64,000 bases of DNA. Source: Candidatus Sericytochromatia bacterium. GTDB lineage: Bacteria > Cyanobacteriota > Sericytochromatia > S15B-MN24 > JAQBPE01. This document shows, one piece after another, positions 27,183 to 35,156 of this stretch. Below the pieces are notes generated by a model that saw only the letters and a program-made list of their open reading frames with translations, was not told where the DNA came from and searched no databases. The position numbers and the translations under genes were made by a program. The DNA is taken from assembly GCA_035285325.1 (NCBI GenBank), contig JAYKJB010000117.1, positions 832 through 64,831 of the forward strand, written 5' to 3'. Each line of letters begins with the position of its first letter. Positions within the stretch are counted from its first letter, which is position 1.

Positions 27183-28325
27183 ATGCCCTTGCCTCGCCTG
27201 CCTGAAGCGGCGCCGACCGGCCGCCCCGTGGCGCGCGCCGGCCGCCAGCCCGCTTGCCGCGCAGCCCTCGTCATCAGCAGCGTGGCCGCCCTGGCGGCCT
27301 GCCTGCCGCTGCCCAGCGGCCCCGAGAGACTCGCCGACGGCTGGGCGGGGGCCCTGGGCCTGAGTGCGGGCGTGGCCTCCGGCACCTCGCCGCTGGCCAC
27401 GGCCGAGCCGAGCGTATCGGGCAGCGCCCGGCCGCTCGGGGATGCCTCTGGCGCGCCCGCGAACGCGTTCACGCCCGCAGCACCCGATGTAACGCCATTG
27501 GCGACGCCGGCGCGACCGGCATCGCCCGACCTCGCGTCGGCCGGGCTGGTCCTGCCGCCGAAGGCCAGCCCGTCGCGGGCCCTCCCCGCTGCCAGCCTCG
27601 GCAGCCCGCCGGCCGCCGGGCCTCCCTCAGGGGCAGGCGGAACGACCGCGGGGCGCGCCTGGCCCGCCGAAGCGCTGGGGCCGCTGCCGGTGCTGCGCGC
27701 GGTGGACGGCGACACGCTGCGCGTGGAAGGCCCGCAAGGCCCCGAGTCCGTGCGCCTGATCGGCGTGGACACGCCGGAGGTGGTGGATCCGCGTGAAGGC
27801 GTGGGCTGCGGTGGGCCCGAGGCCAGCGCCTACACCAAGGCCAGTCTGACGGGTCAGCGCATCTGGATGGCCGGCGACCCCACCCAGGACGAGCGGGACC
27901 GCTATGGCCGCCGCCTGGTCTACGTCTGGCAAGAAGACGGGGTGCTCTTCAACGAAGCCCTGATCGCGGCGGGGCATGCGCGCGAGTACACCTACAGCCG
28001 CCCTTACCGCTTCCAGGCGCGCTTTCGAGAAGCCCAGGGCCAGGCCTGCCGCGGCGGCCTGGGGCTATGGGCACACTGCGTCACGGACTCGGCCTGCAGC
28101 GGCCTGCCCTCCCCGTTGGCGCGTCCCGCGTCCACGGCGCCATCGACGTCTGCTGCCGTCTCGCCCGGGCCGGCCCCCGCCTCGCCGCCCCTGACGCCGG
28201 CACCGGCCGCGAGCCCGGGCGCTCCCGGCAGCCCGCAACCGTCCTGTGCGGCGGACCAGATCTGGGTCAACCCCTACACGCGCAGCGACGGCACGCGCGT
28301 CAGCGGCTATTGCCGCAAGCGCTGA
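27183..28325 (+). CDS. Secreted thermonuclease (staphylococcal-nuclease/SNase family) with Pro/Ala-rich linkers
   Basis: AGGAGA RBS. Signal-like N-terminus. SNase motifs VDGDTLRV, RLIGVDTPE and DRYGRRLVYV. Confidence 0.8.
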   Translation: MPLPRLPEAAPTGRPVARAGRQPACRAALVISSVAALAACLPLPSGPERLADGWAGALGLSAGVASGTSPLATAEPSVSGSARPLGDASGAPANAFTPAAPDVTPLATPARPASPDLASAGLVLPPKASPSRALPAASLGSPPAAGPPSGAGGTTAGRAWPAEALGPLPVLRAVDGDTLRVEGPQGPESVRLIGVDTPEVVDPREGVGCGGPEASAYTKASLTGQRIWMAGDPTQDERDRYGRRLVYVWQEDGVLFNEALIAAGHAREYTYSRPYRFQARFREAQGQACRGGLGLWAHCVTDSACSGLPSPLARPASTAPSTSAAVSPGPAPASPPLTPAPAASPGAPGSPQPSCAADQIWVNPYTRSDGTRVSGYCRKR

Positions 28326-28351
28326 GGGAGGAAGGAGCGGGCGGGCCGTGC

Positions 28352-29074
28352 TCAGCGGGTAAAGACGCGGCGTAACAGGCGATCGACCGCCTGGGGAATG
28401 CCCGTGTGCGAGAACAGCCGCAGGCCCCAGTCATAGCCGAGCAGGCCCCCCAGCGCGCCGACCACCGTGGCCATGACCCCACTGACCGGGAACAGAGCCA
28501 GCAAGCCACTCGCGACCATGGCCGCGCCGGCGCCCCCGACCAGGCCGTTCAGGGTGTCTTTCGAGACCCGCACGACCAGCTCCCCCGGGCCAATCCGACC
28601 CTCGATCAGCTGCAAGCCGTTGTCGATGCCGGAAAGCACCGCCTCGAACACCGCGGAGCGCTGCATCAAGGGCAAGGCGCCCTGAAAGGCGCCATTCAGG
28701 CTGCGGCCCTTATCGGCCTCCAAGCCCGTCCGCAACACGTTGACCAGGTGGGCGATCGGGCGGATCTCCCCCATCATGCCGGAGGCCGACTGGCTGCCGA
28801 ACCGACCTGCCAAGCCGGCCTGGCGGGGCCCGCCGGCCGGCCCCGCGAGCGGCGCGGGCGATGGCGCTCCGGGCACGAGTGCCCCAGGCGGCGCCGGGGG
28901 CAAGGACGGTCCAACCGCAGGCACAGGCGGCGGCACTGGCGCCGGCAGGGCAGCGGGACCGGCCACGAAAAAGTCGGCGCGATCGGGCGCGGCCCCCGGC
29001 GCCGGCGGCAAGGAGGGAGCAGCCGGTGGCGAAGGCGGCGTGAGCGGGGGAAAGGTTCCGCCAGCAACGAGCAT
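28352..29074 (-). CDS. Proline-rich hypothetical protein with C-terminal hydrophobic anchor
   Basis: GGAGG 8 nt upstream of the ATG at 29074. PxxP-rich N-terminus. C-terminal VGGAGAAMVASGLLALFPVSGVMATVVGALGG hydrophobic region. Low-complexity, so coding status is less certain. Confidence 0.4.
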   Translation of the reverse strand: MLVAGGTFPPLTPPSPPAAPSLPPAPGAAPDRADFFVAGPAALPAPVPPPVPAVGPSLPPAPPGALVPGAPSPAPLAGPAGGPRQAGLAGRFGSQSASGMMGEIRPIAHLVNVLRTGLEADKGRSLNGAFQGALPLMQRSAVFEAVLSGIDNGLQLIEGRIGPGELVVRVSKDTLNGLVGGAGAAMVASGLLALFPVSGVMATVVGALGGLLGYDWGLRLFSHTGIPQAVDRLLRRVFTR

Positions 29075-29245
29075 CGAAAGCCTCCAGTCAGCCGCGGCCG
29101 CGGCAGCGGGGATCCTCACCGGGTCGCAGCGGGAGCCGCTGCTCCCACCCACTGCCCTAAGCATCGATGAAGTCGAGGCAGAGCTTTCGTTAAGTTTCGG
29201 CGAAGGTCGAGCTGAGAGGGGGGCGCAGGGCCCAAAGCCCAGACC

Positions 29246-30288
29246 TCAAGTCGCCGGATGCAGCAGGCTGCGCAGTTCCGGCTGCTCGCGGAAGCGCCAG
29301 ATGCGGCCATCGATGTAGTAGTGGAACAGCGTCAGCATGCCAAGCGGCGCAAAGACCCAGTAAAACAGGTCCTGGGTGTAGCCCAGCACCTCGATCGTGC
29401 CGGCCAGCAGACCGTATGCCAGGGCCGCGCCACCCCACTTGAGCACGATCCGGGCGTGCGCCGGGAAGCGCCGCCGCTGGTAATGCATCATCCAGCCGTG
29501 ATACTGGGCATCGTGATAGGCCGTCTCGATCGCCTCGGCCACCAGAAACGGCACCGACGCGACCAGGAAGACCACGTAATGGGTCGACAGCGCCGCCAGC
29601 ATCAGGGCGATTTTCGGCCCATTCAGGCGTTCCCCCAGCGCAGCGCGATACAGCTGCCGCAGCAGCCAGGCCCCCAGCACCAGGGCCGCCAGCTGGGTCA
29701 GGCCCTCGACCAGCGCGGCCGGCACGGTGGGGTAAGTGGCCACCCACTTGCCGTAGACCGGCACGGTGCGCGTCCAGGCATCGCCGAACTCGGCGGCATA
29801 CTCGTGCAGCACGCAGGCATACAGGCCCAGCTCGAAGGCGAGCCGGTCAAGCCCCTGGTCCAGCGTCGGCACAGGCTCGTTCAGGCCCTGGTAGACCCGC
29901 AGGAATCCGACGTGCTGACGGATGATGTGGTGGCTCCCATACAGCGCCAGGAAGGCCGTGAAAGGCGCCTCCAGGCCCAGCGCCGGCACCAGCAGCCCCG
30001 CCGCCATGACCAGGGGCAGGCCCCAGGTGTACAGGGGCCGGCGCCGGGCGAATTCGACCGGATCGGCGTGCGTGCGCGCGAAGGTCTGGAAGATGTGCGG
30101 CAGGTCGAGCAGGGCCGTGAAGGCGAAGTAGGTCAGCAGCGCGGCCGGGCCGCTCGGGGCGAGGCCCCAGGCTTTCAGGGCCTCATACAGGCCCAAAAAG
30201 ACGAAGGTCAGCGCGGCTGCCCCGATGAAGAAGGTCCCGTCGTAGCCGGGGCCGACGATCCAGCGCGGCGGGGCAGGCGCGGCGGGGT

Positions 30289-30313
<25 letters not shown>
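29246..30313 (-). CDS. Integral membrane protein of unknown function
   Basis: 355 aa with 7-8 hydrophobic helices and a conserved-looking HHIIRQH segment. High GC3. Confidence 0.55.
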
Positions 30314-31110
<797 letters not shown>

Positions 31111-31135
31111 GGGAAGCAGGCTCCTGGTGGCAGGA

Positions 31136-31558
31136 TCAGGCGAGCGGATGGCCGTCGGCATCGGTGCCGAGGCGGCTCTCCCAGGCATTCCAGGCCAGCG
31201 CCAGCCAGGTGGCGATCCAGGTGAGGCCGCCCAAGGGCGTCACGGCCCCCAGCACGGCCTGGTCGCTGAGCACGAGCGCGTACAGGCTCCCCGAGAACAG
31301 GACGGTGCCGGCCAGAAAGCCGATCAGCAGGCCCGAGCCGGGTCGCAGGACGCGCAGGTGCAGGGCGATCGCCACCAGGATGATCGCCAGCGCGTGCCAC
31401 ATCTGATACTGGGCCGCCGTGTGCCAGGTCTCCAGGCGTTCCGGCGCGAGCAGGCCGGCCGTGACCTTGGCTTTCAGGGCGTGCGCCCCGAAGGCGCCGC
31501 ACCCCACGGCCAAGGCGGCGCTGACGGCGCCCATTCCCAGATACAGCCTATCCCACAT
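31136..31558 (-). CDS. DUF423 (YgdD-like) small membrane protein
   Basis: The ATG at 31558 follows GGGAGG. MWDRLYLGMGAVSAALAVGCGAFGAHAL is typical of DUF423. Confidence 0.75.
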   Translation of the reverse strand: MWDRLYLGMGAVSAALAVGCGAFGAHALKAKVTAGLLAPERLETWHTAAQYQMWHALAIILVAIALHLRVLRPGSGLLIGFLAGTVLFSGSLYALVLSDQAVLGAVTPLGGLTWIATWLALAWNAWESRLGTDADGHPLA

Positions 31559-32240
31559 CTTGGCCTCCCTGACCGTCGGGTCGCTTGACCGCCAGCGACA
31601 GCCCGTCGCCGATCGGCAGCAAGCAAAAATCGATGCGTGCGTCCGCCTGCATGCGCGCATTCAGCGAGCGGATCGCGCAGGTCTCCGGATCCTGGCAGCT
31701 CGGATCGGCCACCCGTCCCGACCACAGCGTGTTGTCGATCGCCACGAGGCCTCCGGGGCGCACCAGCCGCAGGGCCCGCTCGTAATAGGCCTCGTAATTC
31801 GCCTTGTCGGCATCGATGAAGGCCAGATCAAAGGTATCGGCCTGCCCCGCCGCAATCAAGGCGTCCAGCGTGTCGAGGGCGGGGCCCAGGCGCAGCTCGA
31901 CCCGCTCGGCCACCCCGGCCGCTTCCCAGTGGCGGCGCGCCACCTGGGTGTAGGTATCGCTGATGTCGCAAGCCAGCAGGCGACCGTCCGGCGGCAAGGC
32001 CAGCGCGGTCACCAGGCTGCTGTAGCCGGTGAAAACGCCCACTTCCAGGGCTCGCCGCACGCCGAGCAGCTTGACCAGCAGATGCAGGAATTGCCCCTGC
32101 TCCGGACTGATTTGCATGCGCGCCTCGGGCAGGAGCGCGGTCTCCGCGCGCAGGCGGGCCAGGCACTCCGGTTCGCGGGAGACGGCTCCCGTGAGGTAGG
32201 CGTGCAAGGCATCGGAGAGGTTGAGCGTGCGCAGCGACAT
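31548..32240 (-). CDS. Class I SAM-dependent O-methyltransferase (caffeoyl-CoA OMT family)
   Basis: Start at the internal ATG at 32240; the track ORF over-extends to 32768 through a Gly run. Motifs LEVGVFTGYSSL and DLAFIDADKANY. Confidence 0.85.
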   Translation of the reverse strand: MSLRTLNLSDALHAYLTGAVSREPECLARLRAETALLPEARMQISPEQGQFLHLLVKLLGVRRALEVGVFTGYSSLVTALALPPDGRLLACDISDTYTQVARRHWEAAGVAERVELRLGPALDTLDALIAAGQADTFDLAFIDADKANYEAYYERALRLVRPGGLVAIDNTLWSGRVADPSCQDPETCAIRSLNARMQADARIDFCLLPIGDGLSLAVKRPDGQGGQDVG

Positions 32241-32433
32241 CGAGACTCCAGGCGCGGAACGCTGCCATTGTAGCGTGTCGCCGACCGCTGCGTCGGAAGA
32301 AAAGATTAATTGAAGCTTAGTGCTTCCTTTACCACTTCCTCGCTGGCTGGCCGCGATAAGCCCAGTGGGAGTTTGGGAGTCTGACTCGGATGTCTGGCGA
32401 CATCCGAGTCCCCACTGGCATGGGAGTGTACCG

Positions 32434-33501
32434 ATGACCCGACTGATCGCCACGGCCAACGGCTGGATACCGGTGCCGTCGTTTCTCCTCTCGGCCCTGC
32501 CGAGCACGCCTGGGCCGACCCGCCCCGCGTGGCCCAGCCCGCCCACGCCGCCACCGCCGCCGCCCCCACCGCCGCCTCCGCCGCCTCCGCCACCGCCACC
32601 TCCGCTGGCGCCCCCCTCACCTTTCCTGTCGCCCAGCACCACCCAGCTGGGCCCGCCGCCTGCCCCCGCGGCATTTCCTGGCGTGGCCTGGCCAGCCGCG
32701 CTTCCGACACCGCCCGGCGTCGTCCCCGCGGGGCCGCTTCCTACGCCGACGCTGGACCAGCTGGCCACTCAGCTGTCCCAGCTGCACAGCCAGCTGACGG
32801 GCCTGATGGCCCAGCTGAGCGGGCCAGCCGCCACGACCCTGACCAGCCCCGCCCCACCCGCATCCACCCGTTCGGGCACGCCGGCGCCCAGCGGACCAGG
32901 CCCTTCTGCCCTCGCTATCCCTGCAAGCTCTGAGCGCCCCACGGCGCCCGCGCCCCCCACCGGCCATCCTCACCAGCGGCGTCACGCGTGGTTTCTGAGC
33001 CAGGGCCGCAGCCCGTCCAATCCCAATGAGGACGCGCCCGGAAACGGCAACTGCGGACCGGCTTCGGCCACCATGGTGGCGCGCGCCTTCGGGCAGTTGC
33101 CGATCAGCGCCAAGGAAGTCGACGCCGCCGTCGAAACGATGCGCCGACGCATGGGGGAGTCGTCCAACGAGTACCGCGGTACCAGCGTCGCGGGCATCGT
33201 GAAGGGGCTGCGCAGCTACGGGCTCGAGGCCCAGGCGATCTGGAGTATCGACTCGGTCGAGCCGATCCGCGCCGAGCTGGCCAAGGGACGTCTGGTGATC
33301 GCCCACGTGGTGCCCACCTACCTCTGGGCAGGCGCCGAGACGGGTCATTACACCGTGGTGACGGCGATCGAGAACGGCAAGGTCTACCTGAACGACCCGG
33401 CCAGCCGATCCGGGCCCGTGATCGTGTCGGTGTCGGACTTCTGGCGGGCCGTCCGAAAACGTGGCACTTACGCGATCGTGTCGGCGGGACCGAAGGCTTA
33501 A
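32434..33501 (+). CDS. Peptidase-C39-like (papain-fold) domain protein with N-terminal polyproline linker
   Basis: The ATG at 32434 follows GGGAG. Candidate catalytic Cys in GNGNCGPASATMVARAFG and His in GHYTVVTAIENGKVYLNDPA. A run of about 20 Pro at 32548..32604. Confidence 0.6.
   Translation: MTRLIATANGWIPVPSFLLSALPSTPGPTRPAWPSPPTPPPPPPPPPPPPPPPPPPPLAPPSPFLSPSTTQLGPPPAPAAFPGVAWPAALPTPPGVVPAGPLPTPTLDQLATQLSQLHSQLTGLMAQLSGPAATTLTSPAPPASTRSGTPAPSGPGPSALAIPASSERPTAPAPPTGHPHQRRHAWFLSQGRSPSNPNEDAPGNGNCGPASATMVARAFGQLPISAKEVDAAVETMRRRMGESSNEYRGTSVAGIVKGLRSYGLEAQAIWSIDSVEPIRAELAKGRLVIAHVVPTYLWAGAETGHYTVVTAIENGKVYLNDPASRSGPVIVSVSDFWRAVRKRGTYAIVSAGPKA
32548..32604 (+). repeat. CCG/CCA/CCT codon microsatellite encoding about 20 consecutive prolines (in-frame, within a CDS)
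   Basis: ccg cca ccg ccg ccg ccc cca ccg ccg cct ccg ccg cct ccg cca ccg cca cct ccg, read directly from the sequence. Confidence 0.9.
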
Positions 33502-33596
33502 TGAAAACTTTACCTGATGAGTCTCACTTGTAACCGTCTTGCAACCTGCGGGTCGCATAAGACCCTTGTGAGCGGCGCGCCCCGCGCCCCCGAAAG

Positions 33597-33703
33597 TTTT
33601 CCACTCCCCATCCCACACTCCTCCAAAAACTCCAAACTCCTCCAATTCCAAAAAACTCCCAAATTCCATTCCCAAACTCCAAATTCCTCTCCAAACTCCA
33701 CTG
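33597..33703 (+). ncRNA. Candidate small RNA or structured 3' region: low-GC, CT-rich tract with about 12 ACUCC/CCUCC-like motifs, ending in an intrinsic terminator
   Basis: ccactccccatcccacactcctccaaaaactccaaactcctccaattccaaaaaactcccaaattccattcccaaactccaaattcctctccaaactcca. GC far below the local 70% and no ORF. Immediately followed by the hairpin plus T-run at 33707..33738. Confidence 0.3.
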
Positions 33704-33706
33704 AAC

Positions 33707-33738
33707 GAGCGGCCCTCTGGGGCCGCTCATTCAGTTTT
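33707..33738 (+). terminator. Rho-independent terminator
   Basis: GAGCGGCCC-TCTG-GGGCCGCTC perfect 9-bp stem followed by ATTCAGTTTT. Confidence 0.75.
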
Positions 33739-34085
33739 GGCGTGGCCGTGCCGAATCAGCGCCGCCTCGCGCGCGAGTTCACGTTCAAGCCGTCAAGCCG
33801 CCCTCTTCGCGACGCTGCCACCCACCGGCCCGCTGCGCCCCTGAACATCGGAGCAGATCACGCGGGTCATCTCGTTGGAATCCGGCATGTTGTGCCGCGA
33901 CACGAATTCGATGCGGCCAGCGCTGGGCGCGGGATCGAAGTCTTGATGAGCACTCGCTGAGACAAGGTCCAGGCAGCCCGCCGGACCCGCCCAAATCGAT
34001 TTAACCTTTTCTTGAGGTCGCTCGGCTGGGTTGTTGGTGGTTTGTCAGCCAGGTGTCCCATAACCATCCTGTAAGCGGTTCGAGT

Positions 34086-34354
34086 CCCACCCACTTCGCA
34101 GCCTCATCGCAGCCCACACCTCACCCACGTCGCAGCCTCGTCGCAGCCCACACCTCAACCCCTTCGCAGCCTCGTCGCAGCCCACACCTCACCCCCTTCG
34201 CAGCCTCGTCGCAGCTCACACCTCACCCCCTTCGCAACCTCGTCGCAGCCCACACCTCACCCACTTCGCAGCCTCGTCGCAGCCCACACCTCACCCACTT
34301 CGCAGCCTCGTCGCAGCCCACACCTCACCCACTTCGCAGCCTCATCGCAGCCCA
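34086..34354. repeat. Tandem array of about 8 copies of a 34-bp unit (consensus cacttcgcagcctcgtcgcagcccacacctcacc)
   Basis: Units read directly from the sequence with 1-3 substitutions per copy. The period is not a multiple of 3, so it is non-coding. Confidence 0.9.
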
Positions 34355-34487
34355 TCTCTCTCCAACACCCATCTCTCTCTCCAACACCCATCTCTCTCTC
34401 TCCAACACCCATCTCTCTCTCCAACACCCATCTCTCTCTCCAACTTCCATCTCTCTCTCCAACATCCATCTCTCTCTCCAACACCCA
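34355..34487. repeat. Tandem array of about 7 copies of a 17-21-bp unit (catctctctctccaacaccca), directly abutting the 34-bp array
   Basis: Copies vary by the length of the (tc)n run (3-5) and by single substitutions (caacttcca, caacatcca). Confidence 0.9.
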
Positions 34488-34529
34488 ACGCATCAAACAT
34501 CGCAGTCTCAACGCAGCACCATCTTCAAA

Positions 34530-34566
34530 GCACGCAGGGCAGTCCGCTTGGACTGCCCTGCGTGCT
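34530..34566. other. Perfect 16-bp inverted repeat (stem-loop) between the repeat arrays and the His-rich protein gene
   Basis: GCACGCAGGGCAGTCC-GCTT-GGACTGCCCTGCGTGC. Only a 3-nt T-run follows on either strand, so it is a weak terminator or a protein-binding site. Confidence 0.6.
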
Positions 34567-34586
34567 TTGGGAGGCTGTGACATCGC

Positions 34587-34618
34587 AAATAAAAACCCCC
34601 GGGGAAATTCCCCGGGGG
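34587..34618 (-). terminator. Rho-independent terminator of the His-rich protein gene
   Basis: On the minus strand, CCCCCGGGG-AATTT-CCCCGGGGG followed by TTTTTATTT, lying 15 bp past the stop at 34634. Confidence 0.8.
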
Positions 34619-34633
34619 CGCGGCGTTTGTAGA

Positions 34634-34894
34634 CTAGTGGCCGCCGTGGCCGTGGCCGTCCTTGTGGTCGTGACCATGGTCCGCGGGCTTCGCGTGCGCG
34701 TCGCCGTGGGCCGGCTTGGCAGCCTTGGCCTTGGGAGCGGGCGTGGGGGTCGCCTTGGGCTTGGCGTGCGCATCGCCATGGGCGGCCGCCGGCTTGGCAT
34801 GCGCGCCACCTTCATGATGATTCGCCAGCGCGGGCAGGTTGGCCGAGCTCGCAACGGCGATGCAAAGGGCGGCACCAAGCATTTTGATGTTCAT
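34634..34894 (-). CDS. Small secreted histidine-rich protein (putative periplasmic metal-binding protein)
   Basis: Signal peptide MNIKMLGAALCIAVASSANLPALA. The mature 62 aa contain 14 His in HxxxH / HGHDHKDGHGHGGH patterns. Has its own RBS and a strong terminator. Confidence 0.7.
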   Translation of the reverse strand: MNIKMLGAALCIAVASSANLPALANHHEGGAHAKPAAAHGDAHAKPKATPTPAPKAKAAKPAHGDAHAKPADHGHDHKDGHGHGGH

Positions 34895-35156
34895 GATGGT
34901 TCCTTTCGAGAATCAAGAGAGATGAAAACCGGATGCACTCCGTCCATACCCGAACTTGCCCGTTCCTTAAACCCGTTTCGCGAGCGAGCAAAAATAATTC
35001 GATCTGACACCTTCGTCAAAAGCCCCCATCTGGCCGCCAGGGCAGCCCCACGAGGCTGCCGATTCACGCCCTGCCCGCCCCAGATCTGGCCCGTCCCTAT
35101 CGGAGCGAGTGGTTCATTCCGACAAAGCGTATAGAGGCCCCCGTCAACGGGGAATC

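Noticed and set aside
28406-29170. 254-aa plus-strand ORF
   Set aside because: It is antisense to the Pro-rich protein gene, has extreme Arg/Gly/His composition, and lacks an RBS.
33740-34060. A protein-coding gene in the 320-bp gap (ORFs 33785..33994 and 33867..34094 on the minus strand, 33517..33960 on the plus strand)
   Set aside because: They are short and mutually overlapping, with no RBS, no motifs and poor codon bias. The region is better explained as non-coding flank of the repeat locus.
34010-34100. Intact tRNA gene around the GGTTCGAGTCC motif
   Set aside because: The flanking bases do not form a T-stem, and no acceptor, D or anticodon arms could be assembled by eye. I kept it only as a possible tRNA remnant.
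34086-34487. CRISPR array
   Set aside because: The units are directly adjacent with no unique spacers between them, and there are no cas genes in the window. It is a minisatellite, not a CRISPR.
34053-34583. Protein-coding reading of the tandem-repeat region (ORFs 34053..34580 plus-strand and 34257..34583 minus-strand)
   Set aside because: The repeat periods (34 bp, and 17-21 bp) are not multiples of 3, so the translations merely cycle through the three frames. There is no RBS. I conclude the region is non-coding.
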